A stretch of DNA of 64,000 nt from positions 936,757-1,000,756 of the forward strand of contig JAAOMT010000134.1 of NCBI GenBank assembly GCA_016748015.1. Direction: 5' to 3'. A program made the translations under genes and the position numbers. Below the pieces are notes generated by a model. It saw nothing but the letters and a program-made list of their open reading frames with translations. It had not been told where the DNA came from and ran no database searches. Shown here one piece after another: positions 1 through 11,077 of this stretch (positions are counted from its first letter, which is position 1; every line of letters starts with the position of its first letter). The DNA comes from Geosiphon pyriformis uo1 (lineage: Eukaryota > Fungi > Glomeromycota).

Positions 1-319
1 TTGGATCTATTGCTTGATAAGTTATGATTTTTATTACTTGATTGTCTTTTCCCAATATTAAAGCTATTGTATATATACATGTTTGTAGTTCTATGAGAAA
101 ACATATTGTAATATTTTCTTTTTGATATTTCAATCTGGTGTTTGCTGCTATCATCAGTTGGTGTTGGCTGCTATTGTGAACTGGTGCTTACCACTATTGC
201 GAGATGGTGTTTGCTACTATGTTAATTATTATCTTTCTAAGATTATTACTGTGCTATATTATGATTGAATAGTTTGTATTATTTTTATGATTCTTTTGTT
301 AAATTCTTAAACCATAATA
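1..319 (-). repeat. 3' LTR of element C (partial)
   Basis: Near-identical to 3966-4284; + strand end CCATAATA (decayed TAACA); adjacent purine tract GAAAGAAAGGGATAA on - strand. Confidence 0.9.
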
Positions 320-332
320 TTATCCCTTTCTT

Positions 333-1001
333 TCAAGATTAAGCTCCATCGAAATTGAAGTTAAATTTTTCATTAAATTCTAAGTTACTATAGTGGTTCA
401 ATACTGTGTTATTAATTTGTTGTTGTAATTCTTGAAATTACGAGTTGATAAGTTGTTCAATACTGTTGGTTGTTATTATGTTCATGGTTGGGTCCAATAA
501 TAGTTTGTAACAGTTTTCAAATGCTTTGAAAATTCTGTAAACTGTTTTTGAATGGAATGTAGTATTGGTTTTTCCAATGAAAGATTTTAATAATTGGATA
601 GTTGTTTTGTCAAACACTCTAGTTGAGTCTTTTGAGTATAATGTTTGTATATTCAAGTGCTTTCCTAGTTAATAATAACAGTAGTTAATTGGAAATTTCA
701 TTTTCAAGTTGCTAAATGTGTTTGGTGTTAATTTACTTATTTCTATTTCTTCTATTATTAATGTATTGCCCAATGCTATCTCTAATTTTTCAATAACTTT
801 GCTGATAAATTTGTTGTTATGTTTAGTAATATTATATAATTCAAAATTATGTTTTTTTTTTGTTTTTGGATTTTCTATTGTTCTTTTTATGTATGTTATT
901 TTAGAGCTATTAACTGTAATTTCCAGATCAGATTTCAATTGTTGTAAGCTTTCAACTAATTGTTGAGTTATATTGTTAATGTTTTTTGAAATAAGTATTA
1001 T
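333..1001 (-). pseudogene. ORF3 (orphan 3' ORF) of element C
   Basis: ORFs 669-938 and 438-656 share one frame running 1001 to 333 (223 codons); N-terminus xILISKNINNITQQLVESL resembles ORF3 of A and B; ends FDGA*S*. Confidence 0.7.
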
Positions 1002-1085
1002 TGTTTTAATTTTGACTGCTATTTTGGAATTTTTTGCATGCGTTTTTATGGTTGTTAAATTATTTTTGCTGTGATCTAAGATTAA

Positions 1086-1795
1086 TTATCTTTTTAAATA
1101 ATGTTTAATTAAAACTATTGGTTCTAAATCTTGTGGAATTTGTTTTGATAGAATTAAAAGTAATTGTGTTCCAATTCTGGGTGTCTTTGTTGTTATTACT
1201 GGTTTACTGTAATAGAATTTCAGCCGGTTACCATGTGCTGTTTTTCTTAATATTTTATCATCTAGTCTTAGCTTGTATGCTCCATTTTCAAGTATTTCAT
1301 GAATATAAAATGGTCCATCCCACTTGTGATCAAATTTTCCACTCCATTGTTTTTCTATTTTTGTATGATGCAACAATACTTTATCTCCAATTTTGTAGCT
1401 AATTATATTATTTGGTAACTGGTTATCATGTCTCACTTTTTGTTGTTCTTGTGATTGTTCAATATTTTGTGCTGCTTTTCTTCTTTTGTTTTCTAAAGTT
1501 CCCATTAATTCGTATGTTCTTCTAAGTAGTGTTTCCTAGAATGTTGCTTCCATAATAGTGTCACTTGGATAAGTTGGGATAGTAAGTTCAACTGGTAATG
1601 TGGCTTTTTTTCTATAAACTAGTTCAAATAGTGTGAATTGTGTAGTATCTTGTTTTACTGTTCTATATGCTAGTAGTACTGCTGGTATGAACAAATCCTA
1701 TTCTTTTTCATATTCATTACTAATTTTTGCCAGTGATTCGCATAATATGCAATTAAATCTTTCAACTAATCCATTTGTTTGAAAGTAGTATGGTA
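1086..1795 (-). pseudogene. Integrase C-terminal half, element C
   Basis: QTNGLVERFN, WSGKFDHKWDGPFYI (GPF motif), AHGNRLKFY, LEPIVLI. Confidence 0.9.
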
Positions 1796-3322
1796 TGTAT
1801 TTTTTCTTGGATCTAGGATGAGGTAACTTTCTATTTTCTTAGAGAGTTCCTTTTCTAATTGTGTTATTCTTTTCTTTAATGTTTCTGTCTTATTTTTCTC
1901 TATTATCATGTTAACTATTTAACTATGGTTAGCTTTTTTCTAAGCCGATTCAAGGGCTCTGGCAAGTGTAATGGCTTCTGGTAAGGAATTAGGGTGGGCA
2001 AAGCATACTCTTCCTAAAATACTGCTTTTTAATCCTCTAATAAACTGATTTAAAACCCGAGGATCAGTGTAGTATTCTTGTTCAATCACTTTAATCTGAT
2101 GGCGAATTCAATTGAATCGAGCAAGGTATTGGGTGACAGTTTCACCAGTATTTTGCTTGATAGTATTGAATTTATTCTGTAGTTGGATTATGGCATTTGG
2201 GTCACTAAAATACTCCAGGAGTGCATTTTTAAATTCGGTGAAGCTTGTGGGTTTTGTTTTCAGGCTTTGATACCATAAGTTGGCTGTGCCTTTCAGGAAG
2301 AAAAATAATGTTTAAATTGCTCTTTGGTCATTCCAGTTATTTGCCTGGATGGCTTTTTGTGCTTCTCTAAGCCATGTGTGCACGTCCATTTCTTCTTCCT
2401 CTCCTGAGAAATCTGTTAGTCTTGCAATGTATGGTGTGGCTATTTCGTTGCCATTTTCTGCTGGTGGGCTTATTGGTCTAAAAGGAGGTGGGATAATATT
2501 TCCTTGAGCGTTCCTAAAGATGGCTTCTCTTATATCCAATTCTTCTTCTTGATCATGAGTTTCTTGGTTTCTGGACTGGCTGCTTATTCCAGTGACTGGT
2601 CTTGTAATTGTTTTTTTACTGGTCTCTTTTTCGGATTCTGATTCAGATTTTTTTTCACAGTTTTCAAACCCCATTCCAAATTTTGGCTGAAAAAGAGGGT
2701 TTTGAAATAGTGATGAATATCCTCCTGTAATTGGTATGTCTCTCCAGTTATGTTGTTTAATTTTATTAGTATAACTAGAAATTTTTGGCATTTGTGGAGT
2801 TGATGTTGATGATGATACAGCTTCTAATGGAATTTGTATCTTATTTTCTGGTAAAAAATGGTATGATTTATCTTCTGGTGAATAAATATGTTGTTTTTTT
2901 ATTAATTGAGTGACAGTTTTCTTTGGTGTTTGAGCAAGTGTTCCTAGTTTTTGCTGGTTACTTTTCTGATTAGTTTCTAAATTTTCTTTGGTTTTGTTGG
3001 CATGTTCCCTAGTGTTTCCTGTAAATATTGAAAAATTTTCATTGGCGTATTGCTCAATTTCTCAATGGATTTTGACAATAGTTGCAGCTATTACTGCTAC
3101 TTCTTTTGTAGTATATTGTGATAATTCTCTATACAATCCAAGTTTTGTATTGTGTAATTTTTCTTCCTTTCCTATATGATAATTTATTCTGGCATTAATA
3201 TAATAAGTGAGAGCAGATTTTGCTGGACAACACTCTTCTGGTAATCCAAGATCACTTTGATTTTATGTGTAAATAGCATGGCAGAATTCAAGAACAGTAA
3301 AATTAGGGGTTTTTGTCACCAC
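1796..3322 (-). pseudogene. gag with N-terminal extension, element C
   Basis: ATPYIARLTDFSGEEEEMDVHTWLREAQKAIQANNWNDQRAI matches capsid N-termini of A and B; AAAAGTG at 3322. Confidence 0.85.
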
Positions 3323-3385
3323 TTTTGTCTCTTTCTTTTTAGCAATGAATTATTGCTAATTATTATTTTCTTTTTGATTTTTTTT

Positions 3386-3402
3386 CCTTGTAGGGTTCAC
3401 TA
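3386..3402 (-). promoter_or_regulatory. Primer-binding site, element C
   Basis: LTR end CA + TT + TAGTGAACCCTACAAGG (decayed TGGTGAACCC...), complementary to a tRNA 3' end ...GGGUUCACCA. Confidence 0.6.
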
Positions 3403-3404
3403 AA

Positions 3405-4284
3405 TGTTACAGGATAGTCTTCTTGTTATATTTAATTGCCGATATCCCATTTTAATTGCAATCAGTCTTTCGTGAGTTTCTCAATTCTATTTGTGTGATA
3501 ATATTACTGTTATACTAAAGGCTTTCTTTTTAATGTTGCAATGTAAGTTATTCTTCAATTCCTGATTGTTGTATGTGTTTATGTACTTCTTTTCAGAGGC
3601 TGAACTGAAATCTACCTGCTGTCTGGGGTCTTCTCTGAGGCTATCCTTGCAATTGCCTGATGTGTTTCTCTAATCTAGAAACACAGAATGTTAATGGCCT
3701 TTAGTGCTTTTCCTAATTCTTACAATAAAGCTTTTATCAATTAGTAACAACGTGAATAATCTTGATCAAGGATTATTCTTCCAAGAGATTCAGCTGATAA
3801 ATGATAGTTTCATTCAATAAATAATACAAGTAAGTTTCTTATTACTTTGGAGTTGTAATAATTCAGTTTTAAATATTCTTTTCCATTTCTTTTTTTTTTG
3901 ATTTAAAAATTTCTTGAAATATTTAATTTGAAAGTATGATTTAAAGTGGAGCTTGTTGAATAAAATTGGATCTATTGCTTGATAAGTTATGATTTTTATT
4001 ACTTGATTGTCTTTTCCCAATATTAAAGCTACTGTATATATACATGTTTGTAGTTCTACGAGAAAACACATTGTAATACTTTCTTTTTGATATTTCAACC
4101 TGGTGTTTGCTGCTATCACCAGTTGGTGTTGGCTGCTATTGTGAACTGGTGCTTGCCACTATCACGAAATAGTGTTTGCTACTATGTTAATCATTACCTT
4201 TCTAAGATTATTACTGCGCTATATTATGATTGAATAGTTTGTATTATTTTTATACTTTTTTTGCTAAATTCTTAAACCATAACA
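3405..4284 (-). repeat. 5' LTR of element C
   Basis: TGTTAC at 3405, ATAACA ending 4284; right part duplicated at 1-319. Confidence 0.9.
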
Positions 4285-5030
4285 ATGAATAAAAAAATCA
4301 AACTTCTTCTATCTTTTCTCAGTCTTTTTTTGGACAGAAAATAAATTGACTTTAAGATTACCAAAACTCAAATAGAAGTACTCATCAAAAAATTCTTCAC
4401 TTTTGACATTAATCTTTTAGCTGTAAAAAACAAGTTAATAATGGCAAAGACTCAAATAATCAGAAAACTATTTTTAATAATCAATGGTTTTGAAAAGATT
4501 ACTACTTCTTCAAAATTTGAAAAGATTATTTGATTAATGTTTATATCTAATAAAAGTTTAAAAAAAACCACATTATTGGCTGAAAATAAAGAGATTATTA
4601 TAAACAACAATGTTAAAAGACAAAAAATTTATTCAAATTAGACTGTTGTTATTAAGGAGATTTTTATAAATACACTAAAAAAAATAATCATTGCAGCTTT
4701 TTTTAAGTTTGGTCAAGTGGTATTAATCTGATTACTATTAATTGAGATGTGGCAAAAGACTATAATAAAATTCACCAAATTAAGTCAAACTGATTAATTG
4801 GTGGTAAAGTAGTTATTTATTATTAGAAAAAATTCAGTATATATAGTAAAGGCTGTAAGAAATTGTAAAATTTGGATATTAAGAGATCAGTTTAAAGCAT
4901 TTTTGTTTACTTTGTTTGTAAAAACAACTGCCTATAATTTTGGTGTTCTATTAGAAAAAGCTGGTAAGAAAATTTGCATTATAAACTGTTTATTTGATAC
5001 TAGTAATAGAATTTGTTATATAATAATTGG

Positions 5031-5862
5031 TGTTATAGATAATTATTTGGGGTCTCAAGTCAAATAACAAATCTGTAACTTGGTGCTGATTTGGTATTCT
5101 GGTGTTGATATCTAAAGGTTTGTTGCAGAGTTCTTTGTATAATAGACAGAAATTTACTATGGTTGGTTTAAGTTGTTTTCCCAATTTCTGTCTTCAGCAT
5201 GGTGGCCAGTTTAATCTGGCAGTCATGTCTTTCTGGTAAGCTGTCCATTAATATATATAATTTTACCCTTATTCCTGGGTTTTTTACCAGGCTATTTGTA
5301 ACGTCAATAACTCAGCGCTTTAATTCTCTTAATCAATTTAGTACACAACAATAAAATCAAAGAAAAGAAAATAAAGAAAATAAAGAAAAATAAAGAAATA
5401 AGCCAATGCAATTGCAAGTTAGTATCTTGTCAATAGCTGTAATCAAAAGCTATTGTTTCAATATGATTAAGTATCAATTGCTATCAACATGAAGTGTTGA
5501 TAGTGGAGAGTGGATTAAGATAACAAATAATTATTTATTGATATTTGTGAATGGAAAGATTGCTTAGATTAAATCTAAACTGGGAGGTCTGTCTTTTCTA
5601 TTTCTAATGCTATCACTATATATACATAATTTGGATTCTACAAGATCACTCACATTTTCAAGTGATATGTTATAATTTCTCAAGCAATGTTCATATTGCT
5701 GAGCAATATGCCATATTTTCTTGATATTGTTCCACATTGCTGAGTAATGTGCTGTAATTTCTGACATTGCTCTACATTGCTAAGCAATGTGTTCATGTGC
5801 TAACTACTACTTTCTTATTGGCCTACTATTTTTCTATATCTGTTTTTTTTTTATGAGTAATA
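5031..5862 (-). repeat. 3' LTR of B1
   Basis: TGTTAT...GTAATA; homologous to 25000-25821; PPT AAAAGGAGGAGATAA on - strand at 5863-5877. Confidence 0.93.
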
Positions 5863-5875
5863 TTATCTCCTCCTT

Positions 5876-6511
5876 TTAATATTAAGCTCCATCAAAATCT
5901 TCATTTTGAATTAATTCTAGTACTTCTTTTTCAAGTATTGTTTATTTGACTCTGTTTCTCACATTTTCTACTTGTGTATTGTTCATTCTTCCCCATTGGT
6001 TAATGGTTATGGTTTCCATGTCAAAGTATAACAGTATTTCTGGATAGTTTTAAAATATGTTGTGTAGTCAGTACATTGTTTTAACATATAGTGTTAAATT
6101 TGTTTTTTTTCCAATAAATTCTTCAATTTGCTATATTATGTCTTGGTTGAATATTCTCTTGGATTTGTTGATATACAACTCCTAAATATTCAACTTTTGA
6201 TCTAATTGGTAGTAGCAATATGATATTGAAAGTTATTCTGTCCATTGCTTCCAATTTTCTTTTGTAAGCTCTTCTATTAGTGCCATAATAGGTATTTTCT
6301 CAAAAGTGTTCTTCACTTTTTCTATTAAATTATCTGTCCAGTTTTTATCATTCCTTGGTGGCTGCTAATATGATGTATTCTTTGTCTTTTTTTGGGTGTT
6401 TTGATAGCAAATTATTTGGTTGTTAATAACAATTTCCATGTCTAACTGTTGTTGACTTAAAGCCTAGAACAATTGTTGAGCTATAGTGTAAATATGATCT
6501 GGTATTTCCAT
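5876..6511 (-). pseudogene. ORF3 (orphan 3' ORF) of B1
   Basis: ATG at 6511, MEIPDHIYTIAQQLF*ALSQQQLDMEIVINN...; 212-codon span ending EDFDGA*Y* at the PPT. Confidence 0.7.
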
Positions 6512-6565
6512 TTTTCTTGGTTGCTTTTGTCATGTGTACTGTGTTTTTATATACTTTTTGGTTGT

Positions 6566-7948
6566 TCAATTTGATATATTTGGTTCAATAACTATGATTG
6601 ATTCCAGATCTTGTGGAATCTTATCTGGTTGAACTAGTATTTTTTGTACTTCCAGTTGTGGAATATTATTGGTAGATGATGATACTATCTGGTAATATGG
6701 TTTCAGTCGATCACCATGTGCTGCTTTGGCTAAGATTTTGTTGTCCCATCTTAATTTATAAGCTTCATTTCTTAGAATTTCTTCTATGTAAAATGATCTA
6801 TCCTATTTGAGGTCAAATTTTTCACTTCATTGTTTTTCTGCTTTGGTACAATGTAATAGTACTTTGTCTTCAATCTTGAATTCAACTGGTTTATTTGGTA
6901 GTTGATTATTGTGTTATTCTTTTTGTTTTTCTTGTGACTTTTGGATGTTATCAGCTGCTTTTCGCCATCTGTTTTCTAGTGTTTCTATTAAGTCATATGT
7001 TTTTCTCAACAGTGTTTCTTGGAAATTATCTTCTGTTATTGGTTCAGTTGGATATGTATTGACCTCTATCTCAACTGGTAATGTTGCTGTTTTACCATAT
7101 ACCAATTTAAATAGTGTTGCTTGTGTGATATCTTGCTTCATTGTCCGATAAGCAAATAATACTAATGGTATAAACAAATCCCATTTGTCCTGGTTTTTTT
7201 GGCTAATTTTGGCTATTGCTTCACACAGTGTTCTGTTGAACTTTTCAACTAACCCATTTGTTTGTGGATGGTATGGTAATAATAGTGGTCTTTTTATTCC
7301 AAATCTTTGGCTTAATTCTGCTAATGTTCTATTCACAAAGTGAGTTTCTTAATCTGATAATAATTTTTTTGGACATCCATATTGACAGATCAGATTTTAA
7401 TAAACAAATTCAGCAATGAATTCAGCATCTGCTCTTTGAATGGCTTTTGCTTCTGGCCATTTAGTAAGATAGTCTATGGCTACTGCAATATATCTGTTGT
7501 CTCTGTTGGTGATTGTTATTGGTCTGACTAAGTCAATTCCAATGTAATCAAATGGTTGTCTCACTTTGATTGGTCTTAATGGTTCACTGGATTTTGTTTT
7601 TCCTCTTCTCTGACAAGCATCACAATTTTGAACATATTGGATAATGTCTGAATACATTGATGGCCAATAGTATCTTTTTCTAGTTTTTTCTATGGTTGCT
7701 TCTTTATAAAAATGTTCTGCTATTGAATCTGAGTGCATGTTGAACAATATTGTCTCTTTTTCCAGTTCTGTAATTACTCTTGTTGACTGGTCTGGAGTTC
7801 TTCTGTTTTTCCAGTAAAGTATATTTTGATGATTGATAAAATATTTTGATTGTTGTTTTATGTTGTTTTGTTCTTTTTGAAATAATTTCTCCTTAAACAG
7901 TTGAGTATTTATATAATGTTGAAGTTGTTGGTATTTTTGTATATTCAT
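6566..7948 (-). pseudogene. Stand-alone integrase ORF of B1
   Basis: Own ATG (MNIQKYQQLQHY); HHCC (MHSDSIAEHF...CDACQ); GIDLV; PYHPQTNGLVEKFNRTL; 461-codon span. Confidence 0.92.
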
Positions 7949-8008
7949 TTTTTGTTATATTTTTGGGTTTGAAGTGTTTTTAGATTTGTCTCATTTGCAA
8001 CAAATCAT

Positions 8009-8873
8009 TGTTACTCATAAAAAAAAAAACAGATATAGAACAATAGTAGGCCAATAAAAAAGCAGTAATTAGCATGTGAGCACATTGCTCAGCAATGTGG
8101 AGCAATGTCAAAAATCATGGCACATTGTTTAGCAATGTGGAGCAATGTCAAAAAAATATGGCACATTGCTTAGCAATGTGAGCATTGTTTGAGAAATTAT
8201 AGCACATTACTCAAGAATGTGAGCGATCTTATAGAACCCAAATTATGTATATATAATAGTAGTATTAGAAGTAGAAAAGCCAGACCTCCCAGTTTAGATT
8301 TAATTCAAGCAACTTTTTTATTCACAAATATCAATAAATAATTATTCACTATCTTAAATCTACTCTTCACGATTAACACTTTATGTTGATAGCAATTGAT
8401 ACTTAACCACACTAGAACAATAGCTCTTAATTACAGCTATTGACGAGATACTAACTTGCAATTATATTGGCTTATTTTTTCATTTTTTTTCATTTTTTTT
8501 ATTTTATTTTCTTTGCTTTTATTGTTATGTATTAAATTAATTAAGAGGATTAAAGTGCTAAGTTATTGACGTCACAAATAGTCTGGTAAAAAACCCAGAA
8601 ATAAGAATAGAATTATATATATTAATGGACAGCTTACTAGAAGAGCATGACTGTCAGATTAAACTGGCCACCATGCTGAAAACAGAAATTGGGAAAACAA
8701 CTTGAGGAAAACAACTTAAACCAACTATAGTGAATCTTTGTTTATTATACAAAGAACTCTGCAACAAACTTTTAGATTCACCAAACCTTCAAATATCAAC
8801 ACCAGAATACCAAACCAGCACCAAGTTATGGATTTGTTATTTGACTTGAGATTCCAAATAATCATCTGTAATA
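8009..8873 (+). repeat. Solo LTR of family B, inverted, inserted at the end of B1 RNase H
   Basis: Reverse complement of the B1 LTRs; TGTTAC...GTAATA; flanks TCAT/CTGT fit a deaminated CCGT TSD. Confidence 0.9.
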
Positions 8874-10684
8874 CTGTTGGCATTTCTATTGTCGTTTTCT
8901 TTTTTATAATGTACTGTATAATTGAATAGTGAAAGTTCTATTTTTTATCTAATATGGTAATTGTCTCCAAATTTTTGCTTCTGGATTGAAGTCAATCCTT
9001 TGTGATTCGTGTATATTTCAAACTTTTGGCTCAAGTATTTTTTCCATTTCATGACTGCCCAATAGATTGCTAAGTGTTTTAATGCTGGTGTTTCATAATT
9101 CTTTTCAGCTGGACTTAAGCTTTTACTGGTGTAAGCTACTGGATGTTTTCTTCCATCTGGTTCTTTTTGTGATAGTACTGTTCCCAATGCCTGGCCTGAT
9201 GCATTGGTAGTGATGATGAATGGTTTGTTGTGATCTGGATACATTAACACTGAAGCTTGAATAAGCTTTCTTCTTAGTGTGTCAAATGCTTTTTGTTGAG
9301 CTTCTGTTCATTCATACTTCACATTCTTAGTTTGTAAATGATGGAGTGGTTAGGCCAGTTTAGAAAAGTCTTTAATAAAGCAGTAATAGTACTCTGCAAA
9401 TTCCAAAAATGCTCTTAGCTCTATGAGATTGTTTGGTACTGGAAAGTTCTTAACAGCTTCAATCTTGTCTGGATCTGTTTTGATGCTATCTTTACTTACA
9501 ACATGTCCCAAGAATTTTAGTTCTGTTTTTCCAAAGAAGCATTTGTTGGCATTTAGTTTCAATTCTGCTTGTCTGAGTCTTTCAAATACTTGTTGGAGAT
9601 GGTGCAGATGATCATCAAATGTTTTTGAGAACACATTTGTGTTATCTAAGTAAATAACTACTGATTTCCATAGTAATCCAGCATAAACAATTTCCATGAG
9701 CCATTGGAATGTTGTTGGAGCATTTATCAAGCCAAATGACATGACTTCAAACTCAAAATTTCCCTCTCTTGTGGTAAATGCTGTTTTCTCTTTGTCGGCT
9801 GGATTCATGGCTACTTGTTAGTAACCACTATTTAAATCTAGTATTAAGAACTATTTATTTCTTCCAAAAGTGTCAAATAGTTCTTGGATCTTTAGAGTTA
9901 GATAGCTGTCTTTTTTGGTGACTCTATTTAGTTTCTAGTAATCCACACAAAAGCGGATTTTCTTATTTTTCTTTTGGACTAGTACTACTGATAACAACTA
10001 TGGACTCATTGATGGCTAAATTAGTCTATTGTCAAGCATCCAATTGATTTCTTGATGAATGATCTCATGACTAGCTGGTGGTACTCTGTATGCTCTTTGC
10101 TTAATTGGCATTACATCTCCAGTCTTAATCTGATGTTGAATGATGTTGGTACAGCCAAATTCATTTTTGCTAGCAAAAATGACATTAAAATTGCTAAGTA
10201 ACATCCTTAGTTGCATCTGTTAGAATGGGTCTAGATTTTCCATGTTTATCTGTTCTAATTGTTCTGGTTAGAGCAGATAACATTCACTTCACCTATAGAT
10301 GGTTTGTGATGTGATGTCCACATATTCACAAAGCTGTGGAAAATCTAGAATATGGTTTGGTGGTTGATCCTCAACTTCAGTAGTTAAATATCCAATGATG
10401 GTTCCCTTTGGTATTTTAATGATATTTCCTGTTGTGTTGTAGATAAGAATTTTGATGTTTTTAGGGCTTTTGGCTAATATGTAAAGATTAGTGAATCCAA
10501 TCTCTCCTGATTCACAAATGGTGGCTTCTGCTTCAAACAACTGAGCTTGATTCTTTACTTCTCTTTTTATGGCTAACATATACTGACCATATGGTGGAAT
10601 GGAAATTGAATAATGGGTTGAGATAATTTCTTCTTTGTTAATAATCTCTTCCTCTGCTATATTAACTAATACATCTATTCTATC

Positions 10685-11077
10685 CATTGATCCAAATCTC
10701 TGTATCCCTCTTGCTGTTATCTCTAATTCTTCTCTGCTTTTTACTAACACTAACTGAGCTATTTTCACTAGAGGTAGAAATATTGTTTATGCTATCTTTT
10801 CATTTGGCTCTATGGTATAGACCTTTTCTGAGTTATTTTGTAGCATAGCAATGATATTTTCTACATATCCTGCATCAATTATTTCTTCTCTGATGTTAAT
10901 TCCCTTTTTTGCTAAACTACTCTTAAATGCTAATTGAACCATGGTGGTTGCTGAAATTTCCAGTGCTATTTTAAGATCAATACAGATGTGCAAATGTGGT
11001 TCTAATTTGATGGGATTTTTTCCTGGATATCTCAGATCAAATCCTGCATCTGTATCATGTGTGCATTTTGGCATAAT
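10685..11077 (-). pseudogene. dUTPase domain in B1 pol
   Basis: Motifs DAGFDL, AFKSSLA, IIDAGYVE, EKIA*, RGIQRFGS (trimeric dUTPase motifs I-V). Confidence 0.9.

Larger units (their letters stand above)
1..4284 (-). mobile_element. Ty3/Gypsy LTR retrotransposon family C, internally deleted (PR-RT-RNaseH missing), left end outside window
   Basis: 1-319 repeats 3966-4284 (LTR pair); gag at 1796-3322 abuts integrase core (QTNGLVERFN) at ~1795; PBS-like site next to 3405; PPT at 320-337. Confidence 0.9.
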
